64,000 nt of DNA from Octopus sinensis. Lineage: Eukaryota. The position numbers and the translations under genes were made by a program. Below are positions 12,065 through 23,256 of this stretch, one piece after another. The DNA is taken from positions 42,594,001-42,658,000 of the forward strand of contig NC_043002.1 in NCBI RefSeq assembly GCF_006345805.1, given 5' to 3'. Numbering within the stretch: the stretch's first letter is position 1; every line of letters starts with the position of its first letter. A model generated the notes under the pieces. It had not been told where the DNA came from. It saw nothing but the letters and a program-made list of their open reading frames with translations, and ran no database searches.

Positions 12065-12448
12065 TCTCTTTCTCTTTTACTCTTTTACTTGTTTCAGTCA
12101 TTTGACTGCGGCCATGCTGGAGCACCGCCTTTAGTCGAGCAACTCGACCCCGGGACTTATTCTTTTTTTGTAAGCCCAGTACTTATTCTATCGGTCTCTT
12201 TTTGCCGAACCGCTAAGTAACGGGGACGTAAACACACCAGCATCGGTTGTCAAGCAATGCTAGGGGGACAAACACAGACACACAAACAAACACACATACA
12301 TATATATATATATATACATATATACGACAGGCTTCTTTCAGTTTCCGTCTACCAAATCCACTCACAAGGCTATAGCAGAAGACACTTGCCCAAGGTACCA
12401 CGCAGTGGGACTGAACCCGGAACCATGTGGTTGGTTAGCAAGCTACTT
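12065..12448 (-). mobile_element. tRNA-derived SINE family A, body and 3' part (5' head displaced to 14497-14537)
   Basis: Near-consensus, CpG-intact copy that stops at AGCTACTT. The missing head ACCACACAGCCACTCCTGCGCCTAT is at 14513-14537. Confidence 0.9.
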
Positions 12449-14496
12449 TATTTCATTTAATTTGCCACAAGGGCAGCACAAAGAGTAGCTACGGGCTGGA
12501 CAAGGACATTAATGGATGATGGTGGTGATTGATGAATATGGTGATGGGAGAAGTCAGAAAGCGCCCGCCGACTTTTGCTTCTCTAAAACAATGTTCTTTT
12601 TTTTTCCAATAAATTACAAAATTTTCAAAAATTACAAAAATTTCAAAAAATTTTCACAAAAATTTCAATTAACAGTTTACACTTTTGAAAGTCTCTTCAG
12701 AGGCAATAAACCTCTGTCACAATGTAACACAATTACAATTTTACGTTACCCGACCGATGAACTCTCTTGCTTTAATGACGCAATCGTCCATCGTCAGGCT
12801 TCCGCATACAGGTATGACTTGCAAGAGATCCTCCGGGAAAGAATTCTCGATCCTGCACATATCATTTTCGAGTAGGACCTCCGCAGCCAGCTGCGAAGGC
12901 CACTCGGGATACTCCATGCAGGACTGAAGTCCCTCCCATTCGTTTCTCTTCCTCCTCTTACGTATTTCATTTTCTATAGTGCCTCCTTTATGGAAGAGGA
13001 CTACATAAAATTTCTCCGGCATCACAATCGCCGGAGGACACATGGGAGATGCCCTCTGGGTGTTACAGTCCGCTGGTGGCGTCCCGTTCCTCTTTTTGTT
13101 TTTCTTTTTACGCTGGGCCTCGGGAGGTTGAGGTTCCGGTGCTATACGCACCGGGTCCTCTTTTTCTTCCGCAGCCTCCGGTTCCTTTTGTGGGTCGCCA
13201 TTGCTCCCCACTCTTCTTTTTCTTTTGGAGGAGGATTTTTCCCCCTCATTTTGTTTCTCTCCCTCCATTGGTGGGGCAGGGAGAGGCTCTGATATTAACT
13301 TCTCCAGGATCCTACTCTGGTTCCTGGGGCAGTTTTTCTTAATGTGGCCGGTCTCCGAACACAGGTGACACTTGGGGGCGCGTCCCTCAAGCATCACCAG
13401 ATACTTGGACCCGGCCATCTTCAGGAAGTCCGGCAAAACCAGACTCTTGGCCGACTGGGTCCACAGAGTCAAAGTAGCCTTTGCCCCTTCCCAGTTAGCC
13501 GCAGGCTGCATTCTCACGTTTAGGATCTTGGCGCTACCACCACTCAGACCCCGGCGGATGGAATCTTCCACCCACTCGGGCTCAAAGCCGGGCGGCAGGC
13601 CGCAGACCCATAAACGTATCAATTTTTCCCCCTTATAGCTTGGGAGAAACAGAATCTCTTCGCCCTCAATGAGTTTACTCGCGAAATCGCAAGCTGCTTT
13701 AGGGGAGTCAAACAGCAACCAAATCGTTGCGTATTTGGCTCCCCGTTGAATATGTTTAACGGCTGGCATATAGTCTGCCAGCTCGTTCATAATTGTGTCT
13801 TTCGGAAAGACCATTATGGTGTCGAGTGACTTCGAAAATGTCCTCAGCACCACTGTCTTTTCCTCAAGTTCGTTCAAATATTTTTTGGGAGGTGTTAATT
13901 CCCACACTGTGAAATTCCTTGCCATAACTTAAGAAAAACAGTTCAAAATGTTACAAAATAAATTAGACACAGAAAGGAGAATGAAAAAAAGCAACAGAAG
14001 GGAAGAAATAAAATTAAAATGGCAGTTCAAAGAAAGTTCTTTTTTTTTTACAAATGAATGATAGACGGAGAAAGAGAGTTCAAATCAGACAAAGGAATTA
14101 ATATTTTTTTTTTTTTTTTTTTTGTTCACTTTTTCGGCCAAAAATTGTATTCCAGGCCAAGTATATGGTTGGTACAACACCTTGGTAAATAATCCTTGGT
14201 AAATCCGTGGATGACACAACGACAATTTCAAAAATGATTTTTGTAGACGGACTACGCCGCCTCAAAAAACACAATATTCTTCACACCCGACAACAGGCAG
14301 AAAAATTATATCCGGAGCAAAGTGGAGCCTTATTATCTGCTAAAAAAATATTTAATGCTAAAAAACATTAATGCAAGTAATAAAACTTCACTTCGCTCGC
14401 AAAAATACAAAATGCCTACCTGCAATCGAGTCGAAAGTTCAACAATTCACGTTCAAACACGTGACATTTGCCGGAGCAAAAAACAACACGTCTGTC
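12449..14496 (-). mobile_element. Full-length ~2.05-kb ORF1-only (HAL1-like) L1/Tx1-type non-autonomous retroposon with ~17-bp TSD
   Basis: TSD TGGTTAGCAAGCTACTT (12432-12448) versus TGGTAAGAAGCTACTT (14497-14512). About 570-nt 5' UTR, a 394-aa ORF1, about 290-nt 3' UTR ending AATTAAATGAAATA. No endonuclease or RT coding. Confidence 0.85.
12741..13925 (-). CDS. Non-LTR ORF1 (gag-like) protein, 394 aa: RRM-like region, CCHC zinc knuckle, basic linker
   Basis: Intact ORF. CHLCSETGHIKKNC matches C-x2-C-x4-H-x4-C. RNP-like YATIWLLFDSP and IRLWVCGLPP. Basic KRKRR and RKKKNKKR. Layout resembles Tx1/L1 ORF1 and ZCCHC3-type proteins. Confidence 0.85.
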   Translation of the reverse strand: MARNFTVWELTPPKKYLNELEEKTVVLRTFSKSLDTIMVFPKDTIMNELADYMPAVKHIQRGAKYATIWLLFDSPKAACDFASKLIEGEEILFLPSYKGEKLIRLWVCGLPPGFEPEWVEDSIRRGLSGGSAKILNVRMQPAANWEGAKATLTLWTQSAKSLVLPDFLKMAGSKYLVMLEGRAPKCHLCSETGHIKKNCPRNQSRILEKLISEPLPAPPMEGEKQNEGEKSSSKRKRRVGSNGDPQKEPEAAEEKEDPVRIAPEPQPPEAQRKKKNKKRNGTPPADCNTQRASPMCPPAIVMPEKFYVVLFHKGGTIENEIRKRRKRNEWEGLQSCMEYPEWPSQLAAEVLLENDMCRIENSFPEDLLQVIPVCGSLTMDDCVIKAREFIGRVT

Positions 14497-14537
14497 TGGT
14501 AAGAAGCTACTTACCACACAGCCACTCCTGCGCCTAT
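14497..14537 (-). mobile_element. 5' head (A-box) of the SINE split by the 12449-14496 insertion
   Basis: Minus strand reads ATAGGCGCAGGAGTGGCTGTGTGGTAAGTAGCTTCTTACCA. Confidence 0.88.
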
Positions 14538-14639
14538 ATATATATTTTTTAAACCATCAGAAATTTTTTTTTTTCTTGTGGTGGTTTTGTGTAAATAAGA
14601 ACTGAGATAATTTAGCAGAAATTAAGAAAGTAACAATAT

Positions 14640-15400
14640 TGCATGTGTATTCTTTTATGCGTTTCACCCCAAACCTTGTCAACATGTTGGGGTACCACCA
14701 GTGCCATTACCTCTTCACTTGCTATTCTCATTTGGTTGGCTTTTGGTGGAGGAGCGAGTTTGATATTGCTGTGATGTAGATTCATCTGGGATCTTGGATG
14801 GCCATAGATCAAAGTGCTTCTTAAAAACATCCACCCACATTCCATGTAGATCTCTCAGTTTTTTTTGGTTTTTCTTTTTTGAGACAATATTAAATAGCTG
14901 TGGGCCTTTGAATCCCAAGCTATTGCAGTACCTGGTCCTTATTCTAGATGGGATAGGTGGGACCTTTGGAATAGTGCATTGGTGTTCTGTTCAGAGGCTG
15001 GTATAACTCGTGATGCCAAACTAAGTTCCTCTAACATATTCCATTTGTATATCACCATATATCTCTCCTCTTTTCACTCTAGGGAGTAGAGTCGTAATTC
15101 TTTCTGTGACTCAAGTGTTTCATTGAACAAATTTTCTTGGTTTAACACCACTGAACTGCCTTGAATCCCACCATTAATTTCTTGCTGTAGACGACTATAA
15201 TTGAGAGCAGTAGTTCAGACAGTAGAGGATAAATGTCTTCCATAGAACCAACGTTGTTTCCTGGTCCCTTGTTCTGAAAGTTCTCAGAATCTATTCAGCC
15301 ATTTGCCTGCATATTGCCACCATTTTGGTGATGTGTGCATGAAATGAACATACATACATAGCCATTTAGTACTATTTTATCCTTTTGTTAGGATTGTCAG
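14640..15400 (-). mobile_element. Degraded CR1-clade LINE 3' fragment
   Basis: Minus-strand peptides ILRTFRTRDQETTLVLWKTF..NYCSQL and KGPQLFNI..LRDLH..VDVFKKH.D..SKIPDE. Confidence 0.7.
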
Positions 15401-16149
15401 CATCATATAACTAGAGGCAAAAAATTAAGCTAAATTAAATATTTTATAAAAGCAGAGATTTGTTATTGAGAGAAACATGTTTACAGTTTAATGGCATTTT
15501 TCATCTTTTTCTCAACTCCTAATGATTTTGTTTTTTTTGTTTTGTTTTTTTGCTAAGATAAAAAAAAATTATCACAATGTTGAACAAATAACCACATCCA
15601 CACATTTCACAGTCTGACGTTTACGCAAACTAATACACATACACACACACATACAAGTAAGATCAGACACATACACAAACATATATCATGCATGTATTTC
15701 TTTTATAGAACATATTTTGAACCTTTGAAATATTAGTCCAAATGACTGAAACGCATGTTACAGAAGAACTTTTGAGAAATAATTTTTCAAAGAGAAAAGA
15801 CTCTGAAGGAAAGCAATTAATTATAAATGATGGCAGACCAACTCCGAAATAACCTAACTCGTGATATTACAAGAAATGTGTCAGACAACTTTACATTAAT
15901 CTATACAAAAGAAAAATAATGGTTTAGCTAAAAGTGCTAAGCTAAGTAAGTTATTTCTGTTGACCATGCTTATTTAGTTTAGAAAAAAACTGCTTTGAGT
16001 GATAAAAATCGCAACAATTCAAACAATCTACTTTTGGTCATGCTAAAACATAAATGTTCTCAAAGACATAAAGTCCTTGATAGCTCTTAAAACACTTGAG
16101 TATGTTCGCATTGACAAACAATTAGATAAGGATAAAAAAATAGGGCGTG

Positions 16150-17340
16150 TAATAGCTTAATGAAGAAGTTAGACGAAACATACATTCTGCGGCTATGTAA
16201 TTATTTTTCAAGATCGCCAAGAATCATCATTTCAGAGTCACTCTGAATCCAAAGAATCCAAAAATCGCAGAAATTACAAAAACTCTTGTATCTAATCAGT
16301 ATGATGAAAACTTAGCAAGCCTTCTCGATGCCGCTTTTGTTTTCTCTGATCTCTGAAATGGAATTCATAATGATTACAACAATGCGGTCCAAAAGGTGGA
16401 ATAAAATAGAAAGCATGCTAAATTTGTAGGTACTCTTGTAGATGAAACGTCTGATGTATTGAACTATTCCCAACTGTGACCTGTTTTGTGTTATGTTGCC
16501 ACAGATTGTGTTACTAAAGAATGATATACAGGCTTTAATAATGTTGGTGCAGATCGTTCAGCAAATGCTTTATCTGAACATATTTTTAAATGCGTTGAAA
16601 TGTGGAGGTGTGAAAACAAATTGCCTAAACTTATAGTTCCACTACAATGACTGGAAATTAAATGGGTTGCAGTCAAACTTAAGAGAGAAATATGAATATG
16701 CTATCTTTGTTCATTGTTATGTCATGTCCTAAATCTAGTTCTTTCACAAGCTTGCTCTGCTATAAAAGAATTGAAGATATTTTTTTCCTACAATAAATGG
16801 ACTGGGTATATTTTTCTACAAAATTACCCAAATGGGCTAATGCATTGAGTAACATTGTTAAAAAAAATATTTCCCAAAGTAACAGCAACTAGATGGGACT
16901 ACTCCTCATGTTTTATTATTACTACAAAAGAAAATTGTGATTTTATAATCAGCCTTTTTGAACACATCATTGAAAATCCAGAATCTACAATTAGATTCTT
17001 ACATAAATTGAAAGCTCCCATTTTCTTTTTTATTTGTATTTGAAGTATTTAATGATATATTTTCTTCCTCTGACATCTTCATTTAACATCCTTCAGACTA
17101 AAAGTCATAACATAGCGTATTGTAGAGAGCAAATATATAAACTAGAAAATAACACGTTTACAAAAAATAAACAGTGATTTTTCACCATTTTTTGATATGT
17201 GAGATGTAAAGGGAAAATGTAGAATTGATGCAACAATCCTAGGAAACCCAGGAATAAATATATCAATCCCCAACAACATCATAGAATACTCTATAACAAA
17301 ATTATTGGAACAATAGTCGACCAATATTCATCCTTGGAAG
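16150..17340 (+). pseudogene. Degraded hAT-family (DUF4371/ZMYM1-like) transposase
   Basis: At ~16430-16500 it reads VGTLVDETSDVLNYSQL..VLCYV, a hAT catalytic DET motif. Many stops and frameshifts downstream. Confidence 0.65.
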
Positions 17341-17718
17341 ATCTTACTCATTTACAACAATCTGCCTAAATTATTTTCTGGTCAAAATATAATACAACCA
17401 GCTTGTGTGTCTATCAGGTAAGTTAGTGATCAGGTGAGTGGCTGGTTTCGTGAAATTTGTGTTGGGAATGACTAGGTCATTCGCATCACAGAATTCCAGG
17501 AGTCATGATTCCACCTCATTCCTTGTGCCATGCCTTTTGCCTCTCATTTACACTAGAGATACCAATATGGTGTTGCTCAACATGTCCATTAAAACCAGTG
17601 GCTGTGAAAATGGGGTCATTGTCATTTGTTGAAGAGATAGTCAGCAGAGGGCTTCAAAAAAGTGGTCTTCTTGTTTGGCCAACAGCTTAGATTATAGAAC
17701 AAAAATGGAGATAACTGT

Positions 17719-17735
17719 GCTATGGCACACACACG

Positions 17736-17768
<33 letters not shown>

Positions 17769-17805
17769 GCATACACACACACATGTACACACTCATACAC
17801 ATACA
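17719..17805 (+). repeat. (CA)n microsatellite
   Basis: Direct reading. Confidence 0.9.
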
Positions 17806-18173
17806 AACTCAACTTTGCAAGCAACCCCATATAGGGATTAATAATCCCACGAAAGAAGAATTGGGTACAGTAAGCAAAAAATCCTGGCAAACATCAGCTC
17901 AAAAATTTGACAAATAACAAACTTAAACAATAGAACAATAGTATATCAATTGGTTCAATAGTATAAAAAATAGACTTATAATTTTCCCACTATTGTTAAT
18001 TTTTATCCATCTATCAGAAAATCCTTATTAAAAAAAAAACACTACGCTTTGCTGAGGAGATCGTTGTATGTGGCTCTCAGAAAATGGACATAATTTTCAT
18101 GCTAGAAAATCTATCTTATTCCATGAAGTTTCAGCCTGGGTAAAACTAGAAAGTGAGAAACTATTTGGTGTCA

Positions 18174-18390
18174 CTATGTGATGCTACAATGGAGCAGAAA
18201 CATGAAATAGTAGGGTTTTGCACAAAATAGGCTCATACAGGGATGATGGTATAACTTCTTCCAAAATATGGTTGGGTGTGAATTTGAGAAAGTCAGAAAA
18301 TACCTAATAATGAAGTTCAAAGAATTCAACCAAAAAAATAACAGTGGAAACCAATCTAAACATTGTACACAACATTGACACATTAAATCT
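18174..18390 (-). CDS. Candidate terminal exon of an unidentified multi-pass membrane protein
   Basis: Acceptor GGGTTTTCCAGTTTTCAG. A phase-1 start is open for ~71 codons (LMCQCCVQCLDWFPLLFFWLNSLNFIIRYF..) and matches the phase of the donor at 18614. Confidence 0.45.
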
Positions 18391-18614
18391 GAAAACTGGA
18401 AAACCCTGCTCCTATTAAAAAAAGCCTTAATGAGGTGCCATTATACATAAACATAAAATTAAATACCCACCATCAATAAGGAAAAGCCTAATTAGCAATA
18501 TAAGCTGGAGAATATTGGCAATTTTGTATAATAAAGAAATACTTGACTAAGTTGCACTACTCAACAGTGAAGCCCTAAAATCTAATGGATTCAAATAGAA
18601 ATTATAATACTTAC

Positions 18615-18906
18615 TTAAGTCAGGCAATAAACAAAAGAAACCCAGAAAAAGAGACATCATCTGTTTGAACCCATATTTTAGCTTAACTATTGCAAGCATT
18701 TCCCAACAGAACATAAATACCACAAGAGTAATCAACAGAAACGATACAAAATTTAGCTTCTGCAGCACAAAACACATCAAACAGTCCATACAATCGCCAA
18801 ACAACAACATACAAAAGGCTATATAACATACTTCTGCCAATTTATGAAATTGCACCAAGCCAAGAACATACTCATTACATAGAAATTGTTTACAAACAAG
18901 CTTTAT
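18615..18906 (-). CDS. Candidate internal exon (292 nt) of the same hydrophobic protein
   Basis: Acceptor TTGTTGTTTTATAG, 97 open codons with 2-3 hydrophobic segments, donor TTAA|GTAAGT. Joins in frame to 18390. Confidence 0.45.
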
Positions 18907-19602
18907 CTATAAAACAACAATATTACGAGTAGAATAAACTCCAAAACACTACATTGACACCACATGTAGTACCTTCAAAAACAGTTATATGCAGCATTCA
19001 ACCACATTTTCTGGAACCTAACCAAAAGAAACACAACATACTTCTCTAAATATATATGGAAGTTAAAAAACAAACATAACTACAAATATAAAATGAGAAA
19101 TAATATAATGCACAATATTGCACATGGTTCTAAAATAGCTTCCTTTCACTGAAGTGGCCTAATAAATCTGAAACATGCCCTGAGTTGTCACTTATACTTG
19201 TTAAAATCAAATTCAAATAATGTTAGTAAGTTCATATTAATCAGTGTATAAGTCATATCAATTAATTAGATTATTTTTCTTCATTACTTTGTAATAATGG
19301 CAATTCTGAGTAATTTTTTCAGTTATCTTCATATCATTTAGTTTTTACTGGTAGATTTAATTTGATTTAATTTGCAAATGATAGTGGCTTGAAATAGCCC
19401 ATTGTGTGTTAAACCCATTTTGACAGGCATCTAACACTAAGGTGGCTATTTTATTCAATGTTATATATGTTCAGTCTTACTTGAAGTTGCAGTTGTTAAG
19501 TATTTCTTTAAAAAACAATAATTTCAAAAGATGTATTTGTTGTTTAAAATTCCTTTCTTTTTTTATTTTTTGTTTACTTATTATAGAAACCTGTCAATAT
19601 CC

Positions 19603-20100
19603 ATGATGTATTTGGCTATTGGATTGTTGATTCTCTTCGTGGCACAGACACACAGCCAAACTGAAACAAAGGGCTTAAAATCATATTTAGGATCTGATGT
19701 AGTAATGACATGTGTTAATGCAACTATGGCTGGACAACTCAAGTGGATTCTTCCAGATGGTAAAATGATGAATGAAGTAAAATATGAGACATACAATATG
19801 TCATTAAAAATTAAAAGTGTTACTGAAGATGATAGAGGAATCTATGCTTGTGCCTCTAGAGAAGATGCAGTATATAACATATACCTACTAAATATGGCTG
19901 GCCCTCTATTTGACAGCACTGCTGATAAATACCATACCCAGTTTCTTATTGGTGGTATAGCAAGTGTAGTTATGTTAGGTGTATGTACTATTGTATTGCT
20001 TACTTATCATTTTCACTATGAAACCCGGGAACAAAAAAATAGAGAAGCTGAAGGTAACACTAATAATGGCTATACAGAACATGAAGACACACAACTTTGA
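19603..20100 (+). CDS. Single-Ig-domain type I membrane protein, 165 aa (signal peptide, Ig, TM, short tail ending DTQL)
   Basis: Signal-like MMYLAIGLLILFVAQTHS. Ig hallmarks C37, W48 (KWILPDG), D77-x-G-x-Y-x-C83. TM FLIGGIASVVMLGVCTIVLLTY. Polypyrimidine tract plus AG acceptor at 19585-19586, 16 nt before the ATG, so the ORF-track start at 19531 is intronic. Confidence 0.88.
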   Translation: MMYLAIGLLILFVAQTHSQTETKGLKSYLGSDVVMTCVNATMAGQLKWILPDGKMMNEVKYETYNMSLKIKSVTEDDRGIYACASREDAVYNIYLLNMAGPLFDSTADKYHTQFLIGGIASVVMLGVCTIVLLTYHFHYETREQKNREAEGNTNNGYTEHEDTQL

Positions 20101-20121
20101 TTTCTTTTCTATAAACTTTTC

Positions 20122-20127
20122 AATAAA
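20122..20127 (+). terminator. Candidate polyadenylation signal of the Ig gene
   Basis: AATAAA 21 nt after the stop codon; later AATAAA sites exist. Confidence 0.4.
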
Positions 20128-21189
20128 AGTAAACTCAAACAAATTCAAAGCTATGATAAGTGATTGGTTTTATTTAACAATAATTCACTATTAGGTCTCA
20201 AAAGACCTTAAATAATTTGAATTGAAAATTGTGTCTGAAAATATCATGAAAACTTTTTAAAGATTTATTAATACTGTAAAAATCTTTCAACAACATCTAA
20301 AATGTTTAAATGAAATATTATTAATCATAGTTAAAAAGAAAAAGTTAATGTACAGACTGAAATAATAATATAACATGTATTAATTTTAGTGTACTATGAA
20401 AGAAATGTAAACATTTTTCATAATTGTTGATTTGTGATTTTTAAACATATTAAATTAATGGATATCTTAAATGATAACAATCATAACAACCATTAACCAA
20501 TATGAAATTTGTTCTCCAATGTGAAGGAAATACCAACATAAATACAATTAAGCATTTTAGTTTTGAATATATTTTAATTTGATATTAGCTACTAACTGAA
20601 TAAACATCATATCTTCAATACTCACAAAATATTGTTCTATATTTTATATGATGTAACCTGTTTGACATTTTCATATTTCACATTTCATTTTGTTATAATG
20701 CATAAGATCATAGCTAAATAATAAAACTACCCAGTTTCATTCAGTTATTTCATCCTTTTTATTCTGATGACTTCTCCAGACTATGGATAGAACATTTTTC
20801 ATTGAGAATGATACTGGTTTGACAACTTTTAACTTACCTTAATTGTACATACCTATGAATGTGAATATAATTTCAACAAAAATTGTTTTCAATTTCTTCT
20901 TTCCCTAATGACAAGAACAGATATTAATTCTCAACAAATTTTAGGACAGATAACAAATGAAAATTTTTATATCTTGCCCTCTCCTATCTTATATAATGTA
21001 AGTGATGACTTGTAACCATCTCATTGTTATGTTTTGTGATGTAAATCTCATTGGATGTTGCACGTTTCTCATAAGTTTCTTTCTTGATAGTTGTACTTTC
21101 CTATTTCCAATACTTTCAGTGTTGAGGTTACTAATTAGGATGTCTTTATTTTATCAATTTAAATTGGAGAGAAGGTTGTGTTCTTAGTC

Positions 21190-23250
21190 TTTGCATGACC
21201 TTCGAGACTGTTGAAATCATCATAGTTATTTTACTACCTGAAAAGTTGCAAGCTGGTAACTACGGGGTAAGACCACAGAAGGAATTGCAGAGTGCAGTAT
21301 TCTGAGGGAGAAGTGGGTAAATTTGTTACTATGGAACCTGGCGGTGGATAGGGATACAGTGTGGATGGTGATAAAAGAGACGAATGAGTTAAGAATGCAT
21401 GAGTGTAGTTGGCATGAGATCAACCAGAAACCACTGTAATAGCTGTTGAAAAGGCAGAGCAAGGAGACTGCATGCTGTGGTCAAATTTCTGTATGTGTTA
21501 GTGGATGGTTCATGCCAAGCATCTGGATAGCCCTTTTTATTTGTGGTGAAAGGTGGAGATGTGTGTGTAGAAGCAGCCTTGCCCCAGATGTAGGAGCAAT
21601 ATGCCATTGTGGGAATCACTTGAAAGGGTTAGTAGTTGTTTGATGGTCAAGTATTTTCTGGTCCTAAAGAGCAAGGCCAGCTTATGTGATATCTTCAGTG
21701 ATGGTGAGGCCAAGCTTTTACAGTAGTAACCTTGATGATTCTACTTGTGTGCTGTTCATATTGAGATTGGGTTAAGTGATATGTGTATTGATAAGTGTTT
21801 TATGCTAGAAGCAGTTCATAATGTCAATGCAGGTTTAGTATAATGTACAAGGCATGCTGAAAAGTTCTTGGCTTTGGGTAAAAGAAAACATAGGAGAATC
21901 AGTTAATTATGATTTTATGCAACATATTCCCCTCTCAGACTCATACACTTATTGCAGCAGTCCTTCAGCTTTTCTAAGCCCTATAAAAGAACTCAGAAAG
22001 TTGGGCCTCCATTAAGGCCTTTTGCAATACCCTTAAAGCTAGGAACTTTTCAGTAGCCCCTCATATCTAGGTTACATGTTAATGATGCCTGGAGACAGAC
22101 ATTTAGGGAGGAATGAGGGCCAGTAGTATCTACATAGAAATGGGCAATGCTGGAGGTGATGACTAGTAGAACTCCATTAGATAGTGTCATTTGACAGGAA
22201 GCTATTTATCCAAGAGATAGGAGATGGAAGCCCATAGGCAAGCTGTTTTCCAGAAGATTTATTGACAGACACAGTTGAATGTTGTTACTGTTTAGTGCAA
22301 AGATATAGAAAATACCAAATCTGGGGGCAAGGGCCTGCTGGTGTATGAGATTAAGAGAGTAGGCTCTGATAGATCTGGATTTACAAAAGTTGCTCTGGTG
22401 GTCATGAAAGAAAGATAATCAAGGCATTCAAAAAGGTATTCATCATCATCATTTAATGCCCATTTCCATGCTGGCATAAGTTGGACAGTTTGAAAGGATT
22501 CAGTGAGCTGCAGGGCTTAATGCCAACAACTCTATTGAGTGTACTGGGTACTTTTTTGTGCCATTGGCAACAGCGAGGTTACCAAATAAATTACAAGACA
22601 AAAAAAAAAAAAAGAACAGGAAAAGGAGAAAGGGGAAAAGGAAGAGAGAGTGAAGAGGGGCAATGGTTCTATGCTGGGTGTTGAGAGACTGAAGAGTAAT
22701 GGAAGGACAAACCCAAATGTCTTACTGGAGAAGAGATAAGAAGGGTGTATGGGAGTAACTGGAAAGAAGACAGAAATGATAATGGTGGGATTCAAGAACA
22801 TCTCAAGAAACAAGGTGAGTAAATGAATGGATACAGACAGTGAATTCATGGGAAGGGAATGTAAAGTTTCATAAGAGTGTGAGGGGAGAGAAATAGATAG
22901 TTAGAAATGGGAATAGAGGTGGATGTAGTAAGTGATCAACAGGATATAGGTGTGGTTGATGAGGAATACCATTATGGAGAGGCATAAGGTGAGTGAAATA
23001 AAGGAGTAGCTCAGGGAGGATAACGGGTTCGAAAGTAGTGATATGATTAGCAAAGGTGAAGTGAGTGGCAGAGAGTTACAGATAGGGGTAGAGGTGAATG
23101 TAGTGAGTAATGTACTAGGTGGTTGTGTGGTCAATGGCAAATACCAGTATAGAGAAAGGTAAAGTAAAAGAGATATAGGAGTAGCCCAGGAAGGAGAATA
23201 GATCAGAAAGTAGCAGAATGATGTGCAAAGGTGTAGAAATGGTGGAGAGT
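21190..23250 (-). mobile_element. Old CR1/L2-like LINE remnant, fragmented by younger insertions
   Basis: Minus-strand IPTMAYCSYIWGKAA.. resembles the RPxLEYCSxIW thumb region. Purine-rich plus strand further right. Confidence 0.55.
21853..22057. mobile_element. Mariner-derived MITE (second copy at ~44565-44778)
   Basis: TIR-like GCTGAAAAGTTC(C/T)TGGCTTT ... AAAGC(C/T)AGGAACTTTTCAG at both loci. Confidence 0.7.
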
Positions 23251-23256
23251 TAAATA

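Noticed and set aside
12360-12448. tRNA gene calls from A-box/B-box motifs here and at other SINE heads
   Set aside because: They run directly into SINE bodies and lack a complete cloverleaf.
12516-13638. Plus-strand ORFs overlapping the 394-aa ORF1
   Set aside because: Antisense shadows of a GC-rich coding sequence, with no motifs.
19531-19602. ORF-track N-terminal extension of the Ig protein
   Set aside because: It is largely a polypyrimidine tract and splice acceptor; the signal peptide starts at ATG 19603.
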